A program made the position numbers and the translations under genes. Below the pieces are notes generated by a model. That model was not told where the DNA came from. It searched no databases and worked only from the letters and a program-made list of their open reading frames with translations. This document shows positions 30,643 to 40,504 of a stretch of DNA of 64,000 nucleotides, piece by piece; the stretch's first letter is position 1; every line of letters starts with the position of its first letter. The stretch is taken from assembly GCF_036780825.1 (NCBI RefSeq), contig NZ_DAIQCD010000004.1:33412-97411 (forward strand). Direction: 5' to 3'. This stretch comes from Hyphomicrobium sp. (lineage in GTDB: Bacteria > Pseudomonadota > Alphaproteobacteria > Rhizobiales > Hyphomicrobiaceae).

Positions 30643-31008
30643 CGTTGCCTCCTGCCGGCTTAGCCGGCTGCTGATCACCGCCGCATCCGGCTTGGGCGCC
30701 GAGGGCGTGTGAGGTGATCTCGTCGAGGACTTGAAGCGCAAACTTGCGCTTCAGCACGCTGTTCTTCTCCACGCATCTTAGACAGGGTGTCGCCCCGTTC
30801 CTGGAGCGGACCGCCGGGGAAGGGTCCCGGTCGGACGATAAGAAGTATTGAGCAAATAAGTTCCTTGCCAAGTGAAAAAGATCATGCGCTGCACAATGCT
30901 GGCGCTGTGCCGGCGCACGTCCGCGCAAAAGTATTTCGCCATTCGGCTTCTGATTCATGCTGCGATGCAAGCCGCCTTAGGGCTCCCGAAGCAAGGCGGG
31001 CACAGGGC

Positions 31009-31821
31009 TTAGCGCCCCTCGAACTTCGCCTTGCGCTTCTCGAGAAAGGCGCGGCGGCCCTCCTCATAGTCGGCGCTTTCGAAGCAGGCCCTGACGGCGT
31101 CGTCGAGGGTTCCTATGTCGGGATGCTCCGGATGGCGCACGAGTTCGTTCACGGCGAGCTTCGCCGCCTGAACAGAGAGCGGGGCATTGGCTGCAATATC
31201 TCCCGCGACCGTCCGCACTGCGATCTCCAGGTTCTCGGCCTCGACGACATCGTTGACGAGCCCGATGCGCAGCGCCTCTGCGGCCGTGACGTGGCGGCCG
31301 GTAAACAGCATCTCCTTGACGAAGGCGGGCGGCGCCATGGCCAGGAGTGGGGGGACCCAGCGTGGATTGTAGCCGAGACCGAGCTTGGCGGCCGGGATGG
31401 CGAACTGTGCCTTCGGATCGGCCAGCCGCATGTCCGCACACGCCGCGATGCCCAGTCCGCCGCCGAGACAGAAGCCGTGTATCATGGCGATGACCGGTTT
31501 CTGCGCCGACAGAAGCGCCATAAAGGCGGCGTGGTTCAAACGGTCATAGTCGGCCACGCCGGCGCCGGTGCGTGCGCCGTCGAATTCCGAGATGTCGGCG
31601 CCGGCGGAGAAGGCGCGGGTGCCCGAGCCCCGCAGCACGATCACGCGTACCGAGGGATCGGCCTCGGCTGCTGCGACGTGCGCTGGAAATTTCTCCCACA
31701 TGGCGGCGGTGAGGGCGTTCATCCGGTCCGGGTTCTCGGCGACGATCCACGCGAGAGGCCCGTCGATCAAGAGTTTGAGGTCTGCGGGTGTGCCTCGCGG
31801 CGCGTCGGTCATGGCGGCCAT
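31009..31821 (-). CDS. Enoyl-CoA hydratase/isomerase family protein
   Basis: AFSAGADISEF, AMIHGFCLGGG, CADMR, FTGRHVTAAEAL. Confidence 0.93.
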   Translation of the reverse strand: MAAMTDAPRGTPADLKLLIDGPLAWIVAENPDRMNALTAAMWEKFPAHVAAAEADPSVRVIVLRGSGTRAFSAGADISEFDGARTGAGVADYDRLNHAAFMALLSAQKPVIAMIHGFCLGGGLGIAACADMRLADPKAQFAIPAAKLGLGYNPRWVPPLLAMAPPAFVKEMLFTGRHVTAAEALRIGLVNDVVEAENLEIAVRTVAGDIAANAPLSVQAAKLAVNELVRHPEHPDIGTLDDAVRACFESADYEEGRRAFLEKRKAKFEGR

Positions 31822-32049
31822 CCTTTCGTTGGGCGCAGCTTGCGGCTTTGTGCCGTGGTGCGCAACGCGGCCCCACGCCTCGATTTTCGGAAAAAGGGTG
31901 CGAGGCCATGTGGTTAAGGATTGACAGGGCGTCCACCCGCGCCGATACCCCTTGCATCGGAGGTCTGCCGCTGAACCATCTGACGGCGGAACCGTATCCG
32001 ATTTATAGTAGAGGCGCCCGCTGGCACTGGATCGCGCGGGCCGCCCCGC

Positions 32050-32141
32050 TTTTCCGAAAGCACTCTAGTCTTGGTTTTAGGGTCTGATCCACGGTCTCGC
32101 TGGGCGGGTGTCCGCGTTGCTCTCAAACAATCAGGCTCTAG
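32050..32141. repeat. CTAG/TTAG-terminated palindromic intergenic repeat fragments
   Basis: TTTTCCGAAAGCACTCTAG matches the 3' end of the 38479 element; TTAGGGTCTGAT...ATCAGGCTCTAG form imperfect terminal inverted repeats (32077-32141). Confidence 0.55.
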
Positions 32142-32159
32142 TCCGAAGGAGCAAAGGGT

Positions 32160-33035
32160 ATGAACAGCGTCAAGCACACGGTGGCCCGCGGCGGAAAGCG
32201 TCCCGCCGGCGTATCGCCTGTGCCGGAGGACGCCATCTGGCGGACGCTGTGCAGCGAGGCTCAGGCGGCGATGACGGCAGAGCCGGCACTCGCCGGGTTC
32301 ATTCACGGGAGCATCGCGCGGCATGAGCGCCTCGAGGATGCGATCTGCCACCGCATCGCACAGCGCCTCGGCCATGCCGATGTCGGCGCCGGGCTGATCG
32401 AGCAGACGTTTCGCGATGTGCTCGGATCCCATCCGGAACTCGGCCGCGCGTTCAACGCGGATCTCGCAGCCGTCCTCGAGCGCGATCCGGCGACATCCCG
32501 CTATCTCGAGCCCTTTCTCTACTTCAAGGGCTTTCATGCCCTCGTCACCTACCGTTTTGCGCACGAGCTATGGCGCCACGACCGCCGCGATTTCGCACTC
32601 TACCTGCAGAGCCAGGCGTCGCGTCTGTTCGCAGTGGATATCCATCCAGCGGCCCGGCTCGGCAATGGATTGATGTTGGATCACGCCACGGGCGTTGTGA
32701 TCGGTGAGACTGCGACGCTCGGGGACAACTGCTCGCTGCTGCACGCGGTCACGCTTGGCGGCAGCGGGAAAGTTACGGGCGACCGGCACCCCAAGATCGG
32801 ATCCGGTGTTCTCATCGGCGCCGGCGCAAAGGTGCTCGGCAACATCCACGTGGGAAATTGCTCGCGCATCGCGGCGGGCAGCGTGGTGCTGCGCGATGTG
32901 CCCCCGCACGTGACGGTTGCCGGCGTTCCAGCACGCATCGTGGGGCCGGCCGGCACGGCCGAGCCCGCACGGTCCATGGATCAGACCTTTGTCTCCGATC
33001 CATCCACGCTACCAGACGACTATGCAATGCTTTGA
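32160..33035 (+). CDS. cysE: Serine O-acetyltransferase
   Basis: ERDPA, YFKGFHAL, VDIHPAA, LDHATGVVIGETA, DRHPKIG hexapeptide repeats. Confidence 0.96.
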   Translation: MNSVKHTVARGGKRPAGVSPVPEDAIWRTLCSEAQAAMTAEPALAGFIHGSIARHERLEDAICHRIAQRLGHADVGAGLIEQTFRDVLGSHPELGRAFNADLAAVLERDPATSRYLEPFLYFKGFHALVTYRFAHELWRHDRRDFALYLQSQASRLFAVDIHPAARLGNGLMLDHATGVVIGETATLGDNCSLLHAVTLGGSGKVTGDRHPKIGSGVLIGAGAKVLGNIHVGNCSRIAAGSVVLRDVPPHVTVAGVPARIVGPAGTAEPARSMDQTFVSDPSTLPDDYAML

Positions 33036-33108
33036 CCTCGCACAGCATCGCTCTTGCCCCTTGGGGTACGATGCGGGGGTGAGTGGCCGATAACGAGGAG
33101 CGCGAAGA

Positions 33109-33324
33109 GTGAAAAAAGACGAACTGGCGAAGCTGCAGGCCTATTTGAGCAAAACGTTTGGCGCTCCGAAGCTCGAAGTGCGTCCGCAACCCAAGAAGGC
33201 CGATATGGCCGAGGTCTTCATCGGCGGAGAATTCGTCGCCACCCTCTACCGTGAGGAAGAGGAGGGAGAGATCAGCTACCAGTTCCAGATGGCTATCCTC
33301 GAAATGGATCTCGAGGACGCGTGA
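33109..33324 (+). CDS. DUF3126 family protein
   Basis: GTG start after GAGGAG; KLQAYL..F..AEVFIGGEF..SYQFQMAILE. Confidence 0.85.
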   Translation: MKKDELAKLQAYLSKTFGAPKLEVRPQPKKADMAEVFIGGEFVATLYREEEEGEISYQFQMAILEMDLEDA

Positions 33325-33337
33325 GGGGCGGCCGGCG

Positions 33338-33871
33338 ATGGCGCTCTACGAGCTGGATGGCATATCCGCCGACACTCCTCCCGACGGCCGATACTGGGTG
33401 GCGCCCAATGCGGTCGTCATCGGAAAGGTGGCGATCGAGCAGGATGCCAGCATCTGGTTCGGCGCGGTACTGCGCGGCGATAACGAGCTGATCCGGGTTG
33501 GAGCGCGCTCCAACGTGCAAGACGGCTGCGTTCTTCATACGGATCCGGGATTTCCGCTCGATATCGGTGAAGACTGCACCATTGGCCACATGGTCATGCT
33601 GCATGGCTGCACCATCGGCCGGGGCAGCCTGATCGGCATCGGGTCGATCATCCTGAACGGCAGCCGGATCGGGGAGGAATGCGTGATCGGCGCCAATACG
33701 CTGATCCCCGAGGGCAAGGTCATCCCGCCGCGCTCGATGGTGCTCGGCTCGCCCGGCAGGATAATCCGGGAGCTGACCGATGAAGAGGTGCGCGGCTTCA
33801 GCAAGGGTGCCGGGCGCTACGTGGCCAACTGGAAACGCTACAAGGCCGGCCTTCGCGCTCAAGCGGAATAG
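33338..33871 (+). CDS. Gamma-carbonic-anhydrase-like LbH protein
   Basis: IWFGAVLRGDNE, SNVQDGCVLHTDPG, TIGHMVMLHGC. Confidence 0.93.
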   Translation: MALYELDGISADTPPDGRYWVAPNAVVIGKVAIEQDASIWFGAVLRGDNELIRVGARSNVQDGCVLHTDPGFPLDIGEDCTIGHMVMLHGCTIGRGSLIGIGSIILNGSRIGEECVIGANTLIPEGKVIPPRSMVLGSPGRIIRELTDEEVRGFSKGAGRYVANWKRYKAGLRAQAE

Positions 33872-34045
33872 AGGCCCGCATGGCGGTGAGCGGGCCACAG
33901 ACCATCCGGAACGTATCGTGCCCAAGAAAATGAGCCGGACGCGGGGGATGTCGCGTCCGGCTCGAGGGAGCCCGGCTTTGGGGGGACAGGGCAGGGAGCC
34001 CGGGCTCGGGGAAGCCTTTATGACGTGCGCCGTCGATCCTTTTCC

Positions 34046-34690
34046 TTACTGCCCGTCCCGCACGCCGGCGATGGCGTCCGGTGCAGCGCGATCGGTGGCG
34101 TCGAGCGAGACCCATACGCGCGGATCGAGGTACGATTGGCGCATGATGAAATAGTAGTCGGAATCGCTCCAAAGCCGGACGTCATCGACCTTGTTGTCGA
34201 GGACGAAATCGCCCTGGGCGGTGCGGGCCGTGAGCACGGCGTGGCCTTCGCCCTTCTCGTCGCGCACGACGGTGAGCAGGAGCGAGCTTCTCGGCCAGCC
34301 GCGCGAGAGCAGGATCCTCTGCTTCAACAGCGCGTAGTCCTCGCAGTCGCCGCGATCGACCGGGTAGGTCCAATACTCGCTGACGCCGTAGATGTCCTGG
34401 TCGGTCGCGGGCTCGATGGCGTGATTGACCCAGCGGTTGACCTCGTCGAGCTCGCTCAGCCGCTCGGGCGTGGGCTGGAAGCGCACGTCCTCGATGCGCT
34501 GCGGATTGCATTCGCTGGGGTTGCGGTCACAGAAACGGACGAACCCATACGGCGGCTGCGACGGACCATACACGCGCATGAACGGAGAACTCTTGGCGGT
34601 GACGGCCCGGTAGACGGATGGTTCCGCCATCGCTCCCGTCGGCCCGGCCAACGCCGCCATGGCCACTACGCACACTACGAGACGCTTCAT
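34046..34690 (-). CDS. Transglutaminase-like cysteine proteinase (BTLCP/C93, LapG-like), exported
   Basis: Signal peptide MKRLVVCVVAMAALA; triad GDCEDY / GHAVL / VLDN. Confidence 0.9.
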   Translation of the reverse strand: MKRLVVCVVAMAALAGPTGAMAEPSVYRAVTAKSSPFMRVYGPSQPPYGFVRFCDRNPSECNPQRIEDVRFQPTPERLSELDEVNRWVNHAIEPATDQDIYGVSEYWTYPVDRGDCEDYALLKQRILLSRGWPRSSLLLTVVRDEKGEGHAVLTARTAQGDFVLDNKVDDVRLWSDSDYYFIMRQSYLDPRVWVSLDATDRAAPDAIAGVRDGQ

Positions 34691-34826
34691 ACTCACTACC
34701 CCTACGAACCCTCTCACGCGATCGACAGTAGCCGAGAAAAGTCGTGGCCGTCTGAAGTACGGCGCCAGAAATCGAGCAAAATTTGAGCTAAATTGGCGTT
34801 CCCCACGGGACATCTGTTCGCCCCGG

Positions 34827-35459
34827 TCAGCCGAAGTATCGCCGCAGGGCTTCCGGATCGGGAATGTCAACAAATTGCACGCCGATACCGCGGTCGTGGT
34901 AGCGCATGACCTTGCAGCGCAGCTTGCCGAACATCACCACGTCTCCGATCTGTGGGCGGATGTCGGTCTGGATGGACGCTCCTGAAAGGGAGACGTCGAT
35001 CACACGGCAGTCGATGGTCGTGCCGTCGCTGAGCTGAAGCTTCGAGGTCCGGTTGACGGGCATGCGCTGGTGGCGCCGCCCGAAGGCGCTGCCGAGCTCA
35101 TCCTTGTTGACCAGCCACGTGATCTGCGCGGCGAGCTTCTCCCGCTTGTGCTGGCTTGCGGTGAGCGAGATGGCGAAGCCGCCGTCGAAGGTGCGCACGA
35201 CCACGCCTTCGATGCCGCCGATCTCATCCAGGTAGGCCACGATGCGCTCGCCGATATCCACCTCGACCGGGGACATGAACGATGCGCCGCCGACCGAAAT
35301 GTCGTTGAGCCTACAAGGAAACTCCTGCTTGTTCGCGCGCATGAAGCGGCCGAGGAGGGCGAGCGGGTAGCGCTTATGGCGCCGCCGGTCGGGAACGATC
35401 CGGGCGTCGAGCCGCAGCGACGGCTTCAGGATGCTGGCTGAACTATGAGACATGGACAA
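34827..35459 (-). CDS. Tandem PilZ-domain protein
   Basis: RRHKR..DISVGG and RRHQR..DVSLSG, both c-di-GMP motifs intact. Confidence 0.9.
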   Translation of the reverse strand: MSMSHSSASILKPSLRLDARIVPDRRRHKRYPLALLGRFMRANKQEFPCRLNDISVGGASFMSPVEVDIGERIVAYLDEIGGIEGVVVRTFDGGFAISLTASQHKREKLAAQITWLVNKDELGSAFGRRHQRMPVNRTSKLQLSDGTTIDCRVIDVSLSGASIQTDIRPQIGDVVMFGKLRCKVMRYHDRGIGVQFVDIPDPEALRRYFG

Positions 35460-35552
35460 ACCCGCGCCTTACCGAAGCACAACTTTCCCAGGCCCCAAAA
35501 CGGCACGTCAGCCGTTCATGGACCATAGGAGTCCCATATTGGAACAGCAGGT

Positions 35553-35568
35553 TTAACGAACGCCTAAC
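35553..35568. promoter_or_regulatory. Probable CtrA box
   Basis: TTAA-CGAACGC-CTAAC, one mismatch to TTAA-N7-TTAAC, about 95 bp upstream of the PilZ gene. Confidence 0.6.
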
Positions 35569-35857
35569 CGCCGCCCCGATACTGCACGCTGGAGAGGGGC
35601 GCCCTGGGGCCTCAACGCGCCAGTGAGCGGCGGGTTTCCCTCACCCATGTCCGGCGGAGGCGGGAAGCTGCCGGGGGTGCGCCGCGCGGGCGAGCGATAT
35701 TGTGCCTTCTGCCCTTGCGGCAGTGGCGTGAGTTGATGGTAAATAGTAAACTACAACAATGGTTTATACTTCCGAAGAAGGTGGCTCGCCAGCGGCAGGC
35801 TCTTCATCGATGCGGTCCAAGCATGGGTTCGCTGTGGGACAAGCCAGCTGCTGGGGA

Positions 35858-36535
35858 TCAGCGTGTATGGGTTTCAGCGCTGCCGCGCCGCACGGCAGCA
35901 AGCCCGCCCTCATAGACGCGGAACTGGCGATGCCCCTGCCGGACGATGCGCGCTGTCCGCACGTGCGGGCTCAGCGGAAGCTGGCGCTCGTGCCATGAGG
36001 ATGCGTAGTTTTCCTCGCCCTCGGGCCAGACGGACTCGGCCGCGAGCAGGCGGAGGCGGGAGATCCGATCGGCATAAGTCGCCGCTGGATCCTCATGAAA
36101 GGCGAGGTGCCCGAGCAACCTATCGATCTCGTAGCCGGTATGAAACAGCGGGAGGAGGATCAGCTCGAACTCCCTCCGGACGGGATGGCCGCAATCGTGC
36201 TTCCCGCTCGCGTCGCTCGGCGCTTCGCCGGTGAAGAGGCCGATGCGGCGACAGTCTATGATGGACATCAGATGCGGCTCGAGCAGCCCCCGGTCGGCCT
36301 CGGTCCAGCATGCCATGAAGTCCTGTTCCCTGAGGCTCGTCCCGAAACGGGCGCTCACACGTGAGCCGGCGAGGCGGAAGCGGAAGGCGGATCGGCCGAT
36401 ACGCTCGAGGATGAAGGTGTCGGGCAGCAGCGGCGAGATGCGGGAGGGTTGGATCTCCAGGCGCCTCGGCGCCGGGCGCCCTCCTCTGAGCTCGTTCCAA
36501 TAGGCATAGATGGCCTCGGTTGCCGGGTGTCTCAT
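35858..36535 (-). CDS. PAS-like domain protein (PAS_5/DUF1457)
   Basis: MRHPATEAIYAYWNELRGGRPAPRR..I.P..LLPDTFIL..FRLAG. Confidence 0.85.
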   Translation of the reverse strand: MRHPATEAIYAYWNELRGGRPAPRRLEIQPSRISPLLPDTFILERIGRSAFRFRLAGSRVSARFGTSLREQDFMACWTEADRGLLEPHLMSIIDCRRIGLFTGEAPSDASGKHDCGHPVRREFELILLPLFHTGYEIDRLLGHLAFHEDPAATYADRISRLRLLAAESVWPEGEENYASSWHERQLPLSPHVRTARIVRQGHRQFRVYEGGLAAVRRGSAETHTR

Positions 36536-36766
36536 CTCGGTCCTGTTTTCGGGGCGCACGCCTCGGACAGGACCGCAGCAGATCGCCGCGCCCGCCCAGA
36601 GCAGTGGCTCTGCGGAATTGTTCAGCTCACCGGCGTTTCAAGGTGGGCCTGGCATCGACAACAGCAGCTTCCGTGCCATATGCAGCGGGGCTGCTATCCC
36701 GGCGACCGGCACGGCTCTGCCGTGCTACTCACGTGTCCAATATCCGACAGGAGCGAGGAGACCCGC

Positions 36767-37507
36767 GTGATCCCCACCAACGCGCCCCGGCATGAGCCTG
36801 CTTTCAATGTCCCGAACGTCGTGCTTTTTCTGCTTGCGCTCTTAGTGCTCGTGCACGCGGCCTTCGCGCTCCTTTCCAACGACGAGGCGTTCTGGCTCGT
36901 GCTGGCCGGCGCATTCATCCCCGGACGCTATGGGCCGGGCGGCGCTGATCTCCCAGGGGGAGAGCTCGCGCTCTTCACCTCACCCTTTACCCACATGTTG
37001 CTGCATGGAGACTGGATGCATCTCGCTTTCAACGGAGCATGGCTGCTCGCGTTCGGCGGTGCAATAGCGGAACGGCTCGGAACGTTGCGCTTTCTGGTGT
37101 TCTTCACACTTTCCGGACTCGCCGGCGCCGGCGTCTTCTACGTCGCAAATCCCGGGTTGATGCAGCCCATGATCGGTGCTTCAGGCGCCATCTTCGGGCT
37201 CATGGGCGGCGTGCTGCGAATTCTCTTTCCGGCCGTAGATTCAGGAGGGTTCCGCCGCTTGCGGGAGGCACCCCGCTCGGTGCCGCTGATGCCCCTCCGC
37301 GCGGCGCTGACGGACTCGCGCATCCTTGGCGTGAGCGCGATCCTCGTTGTTTTGAACGTGCTCACCGTCATCGGTTTCGGCGTTGCACAAAACTCCGCGG
37401 GAATCGCATGGGAAGCCCATCTCGGAGGTTATTTGTTCGGCCTTATTGCTTATGGGATTTTTGATATTTCCGCCCGGCCGGAATCTGTGCAACCAAACGT
37501 TGATTGA
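36767..37507 (+). CDS. Rhomboid intramembrane serine protease
   Basis: HGDWMHL..N, GASGAIFG (Ser), AWEAHLGG (His); GTG start after GAGGAG. Confidence 0.92.
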   Translation: MIPTNAPRHEPAFNVPNVVLFLLALLVLVHAAFALLSNDEAFWLVLAGAFIPGRYGPGGADLPGGELALFTSPFTHMLLHGDWMHLAFNGAWLLAFGGAIAERLGTLRFLVFFTLSGLAGAGVFYVANPGLMQPMIGASGAIFGLMGGVLRILFPAVDSGGFRRLREAPRSVPLMPLRAALTDSRILGVSAILVVLNVLTVIGFGVAQNSAGIAWEAHLGGYLFGLIAYGIFDISARPESVQPNVD

Positions 37508-37702
37508 ACTCTTGCGCAGCTTGCGAGTTTGCATCACTCTGTAATTCGAGGTGCACGGATAGTGCGTAAAGCGTTCTCTAGTGACACGACTGAAGGCGAA
37601 AATAATCTAAAACAATAAAGCCTGTGCGGTCGCAAATGCTGATGTAGCTGGCCGGCGAGCCAGTGGGCGGGCGTTTCGGACGTGGCAGGCGGGAGGCAAG
37701 TC

Positions 37703-38134
37703 ATGAACGTTGCATCGATACTGAAGTCGAAGGGCAGGGCAGTTTCGACCGTACGGCCGAACGCCACGCTGCTCGACGTCGTGAAGAAGCTCGCTCCCAA
37801 GAAGATCGGCGCGGTCGTCGTCGTGGGAGACAGCGGCCGGGTGGACGGCATCATTTCGGAACGCGATATCATTCGCGCTGTTGCCGATCACGGCGTCCAT
37901 GCGCTCGGCATGACGGTGTCCGAAGTCATGACGCGTGTGGTGGTCTCCTGCCAGGAGATGAGCGAGCTTGACGAGCTGATGGAGATGATGACGAAGGGGC
38001 GTTTCCGCCATCTTCCCGTTATTGAAGACGACGCGCTCGTCGGGATCATCTCGATCGGAGACGTGGTGAAGTATCACCTTGCCGAGGTGCAGCTGGAAGT
38101 CTCGGCCATGCGCAACTACATCGCGACGGGTTGA
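37703..38134 (+). CDS. CBS-pair protein
   Basis: GIISERDII, MTKGRFRHLPV, GIISIGDVVK. Confidence 0.92.
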   Translation: MNVASILKSKGRAVSTVRPNATLLDVVKKLAPKKIGAVVVVGDSGRVDGIISERDIIRAVADHGVHALGMTVSEVMTRVVVSCQEMSELDELMEMMTKGRFRHLPVIEDDALVGIISIGDVVKYHLAEVQLEVSAMRNYIATG

Positions 38135-38170
38135 GGCGGCGCGCTGCGACGCGTGATCCATTCGGGTCGT

Positions 38171-38201
38171 CGTCGGGAGCAAACAACGTTTGCTCCCGAC
38201 G
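38171..38201. terminator. Perfect 14-bp hairpin downstream of the CBS gene
   Basis: CGTCGGGAGCAAAC-AAC-GTTTGCTCCCGACG; no clear U-tract. Confidence 0.55.
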
Positions 38202-38478
38202 TGTAAGACCGACACCAAGGACTGATCCAAGTTCGCGAAGCGAAGGAAGCGTGCCCGGTCGCGAGGTCTGATTTTCGTTCGGCTGTAAAACCGGACCTGC
38301 ATATTTGGAGCCGTTTCATCTCCAAGCGCGGTGCGCGGCGGGCGATATTTTTTATCAGCGATGTTTCCTGCGGCGAACGGTTTCTGCATCCATCGAGAGA
38401 GGGCGGACGGCGACCCCTTTAAGGGACGTTTTTTTGCTCTTGCTTTCGCTTCTCGAAAGCCGGGTCGCAACGCAATGC

Positions 38479-38592
38479 TTAGAGCCGTTCCGCTTTAAGT
38501 AGAATCGAGGAACGGCTCTAAGCTTTTGTTTCCTCGTGCTTCCCACTTTTCCGGACGCACTCTAGAGCCTGATAGTTTCACGCTCTCAAACA
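38479..38592. repeat. Palindromic intergenic repeat (Rhizobiales Bru-RS/RIME-like, MITE-like)
   Basis: TTAGAGCCGTTCC-N17-GGAACGGCTCTAA perfect 13-bp stem, then ..TTTTCCGGACGCACTCTAG, abutting CTAGAGCCTGAT..CTCTCAAACA. Confidence 0.7.
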
Positions 38593-38729
38593 TTGGACGG
38601 ACTGTGTGAACGCGGCCGAGTTCTCGACGGCTTGCTGTTGGAAAGACGGCCATGTGCGCCACTTTCGTCCAGCCGGATTTCAGATGATAGTCTCCGTGAA
38701 ACGCTCGCGCTCACGCGGATGCGGAAGGC

Positions 38730-39713
38730 TCACGAAGCGGCGACCTCGGTCCCGCCGCCGGCTTGATGGCGGCCCTCGAGCTCCCGCGTGAGATCCTCGA
38801 TCTCGCGCTTCGCCGCCGCTTCTCCTCGCTGGATCATTTCCTCGGCACGATGGAAATCGAAGAGGCCGATGCCGTGCAGCCGCGGGCTAATCATGGAGTC
38901 CGGTGGATCACCGGCCAAGCGTGAGCGCGCGATACGATCCTGCACGATGTTGAACGCATCGACCATGACCGTTGAGATGCCAGGCACATCCTCGCCCCGC
39001 CCGAAGATTTGCCGCTGCAGGAGCCGGCGCACGGCAATACCGTTCTTTCCGGTCACGGGGGGCGGCTCCTCCACGTCCGGATCGGCGTGCGGTATGGCGC
39101 TGATGTTCGAGATGGTGCCTCGGTTCGAAATATCGATATTGAGATTGACCGCGATGACGTAGCGCGCGCCGAGGGCACGGCAGACGGAAACCGGAATGGG
39201 ATTGACGAGCGCCCCGTCGAACAGCCAGCGCCCCTCCACCTTCACCGGCCGGAAAACGCCGGGAAGCGCGTAAGAGGCGCGGACCGCGTCGACCAGGTTG
39301 CCGCGAGAGAGCCAGACCTCGTGGCCGGTCCCGATCTCGGTGGCGACCGCCGTGAAGCGCCGCGGAAGATCCTCGAACGTGATGTCGCCGAGCTGCCGAC
39401 GCAGGCGCTCGCCGAGGCGGTGACCCGTGATCAGCCCGGTGCCGGAAAGATTGAAATCGAGATAGCCGAACACGCGACGGCGCGTAAGCTCGCGGGCGAA
39501 TGTCTCGAGGTCATCGAGCTGGCCCGCAACCTCGCACGCACCGACGACGGCGCCGATGGATGTGCCGGCAATGATGTCGGGGTAGATGCCGGCGCTGTTG
39601 AGGGCGCGCAATACGCCGATGTGAGCCCATCCTCTGGCCGCCCCGCCGCCAAGGGCCAGTCCGATCTTGACCTTGCCTGCGCCGGGATTTGCCATGGCCA
39701 TGCCAGACTCCAC
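38730..39713 (-). CDS. Patatin-like phospholipase (RssA/NTE family)
   Basis: LGGGAARGWAHIG, GTSIG, DGA motifs. Confidence 0.92.
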   Translation of the reverse strand: MESGMAMANPGAGKVKIGLALGGGAARGWAHIGVLRALNSAGIYPDIIAGTSIGAVVGACEVAGQLDDLETFARELTRRRVFGYLDFNLSGTGLITGHRLGERLRRQLGDITFEDLPRRFTAVATEIGTGHEVWLSRGNLVDAVRASYALPGVFRPVKVEGRWLFDGALVNPIPVSVCRALGARYVIAVNLNIDISNRGTISNISAIPHADPDVEEPPPVTGKNGIAVRRLLQRQIFGRGEDVPGISTVMVDAFNIVQDRIARSRLAGDPPDSMISPRLHGIGLFDFHRAEEMIQRGEAAAKREIEDLTRELEGRHQAGGGTEVAAS

Positions 39714-39938
39714 TCCTCCGGCCTCGTCCCTGCCCAGGGCTCAACCGGTGCGGGTGCTTCGTGGAATCCGTCGCGTCGCCGAGCCTCGGGATCCCCTCAA
39801 CTCTTACGTGGAGACTAGCAGATTTCGATTAAAGTCCCACTACCAAGGGTGTGACCGAATAGAAAACTCCTTTACGCGGTGACGGTTATCGCGCGGAGCC
39901 GAAGCGGGCGCCTTGGTTCCCGTGTTCACCCAGATCCT

Positions 39939-40367
39939 TCAAGGATCGCTTCGCGTAAGCTTTCCGCGCGCCTCACTGCCGAACTCGACCCGGCGGTAGA
40001 AGCAGGATCTGGCACCTGTGTGGCAGGCGACGCCGGCACCCTCCACGGCAACCTTGAGCCAGATGGCGTCCTGGTCGCAATCGACGCGGGCTTCGCGGAT
40101 GGCGAGGAGGTTGCCGCTCTCTTCGCCTTTCCGCCACAGGCGCTGTCGCGAGCGGCTCCAAAAATGCGCGATGCCCGTGTCGAGGGAGAGCCGCAGGGCC
40201 TCGGCGTTCATCCAGGCGAACATCAGCACCGCGCCCGTGGCATCATCGGTCACGATGGCGGCGATCAGCCCATCGGCGCCGAATTTGGGCTGGAAGACGA
40301 GACCTTCTTCGATCTCCGTGGCTGAGCCGCGCGCGGGAAAGCCGGTTGGAAGGCGGTCGTCGGACAT
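39939..40367 (-). CDS. hisI: Phosphoribosyl-AMP cyclohydrolase
   Basis: [31 protein letters not shown]. Confidence 0.96.
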   Translation of the reverse strand: MSDDRLPTGFPARGSATEIEEGLVFQPKFGADGLIAAIVTDDATGAVLMFAWMNAEALRLSLDTGIAHFWSRSRQRLWRKGEESGNLLAIREARVDCDQDAIWLKVAVEGAGVACHTGARSCFYRRVEFGSEARGKLTRSDP

Positions 40368-40504
40368 GGAGGCCCTTTGTCTGTAAAATCGGGGAGACGT
40401 GACAAGATGGACGGGCACGACGCGGCTCGAATGGCAGCGCGCGGCGTCCTATATATAGAAGCCACTGGGAAAAGTCGGAAGAGCGAGAGGGGATACCAAC
40501 GCCT

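Noticed and set aside
30852..30872. sigma54-like TTGGCA..TTGC on the minus strand upstream of the microprotein
   Set aside because: GG-to-GC spacing is not the required 10 nt.
40368..40504. Possible leftover THF-II (folE) riboswitch upstream of hisI
   Set aside because: Only a few matching nucleotides, and the GGGAGACG-like piece is on the wrong strand.
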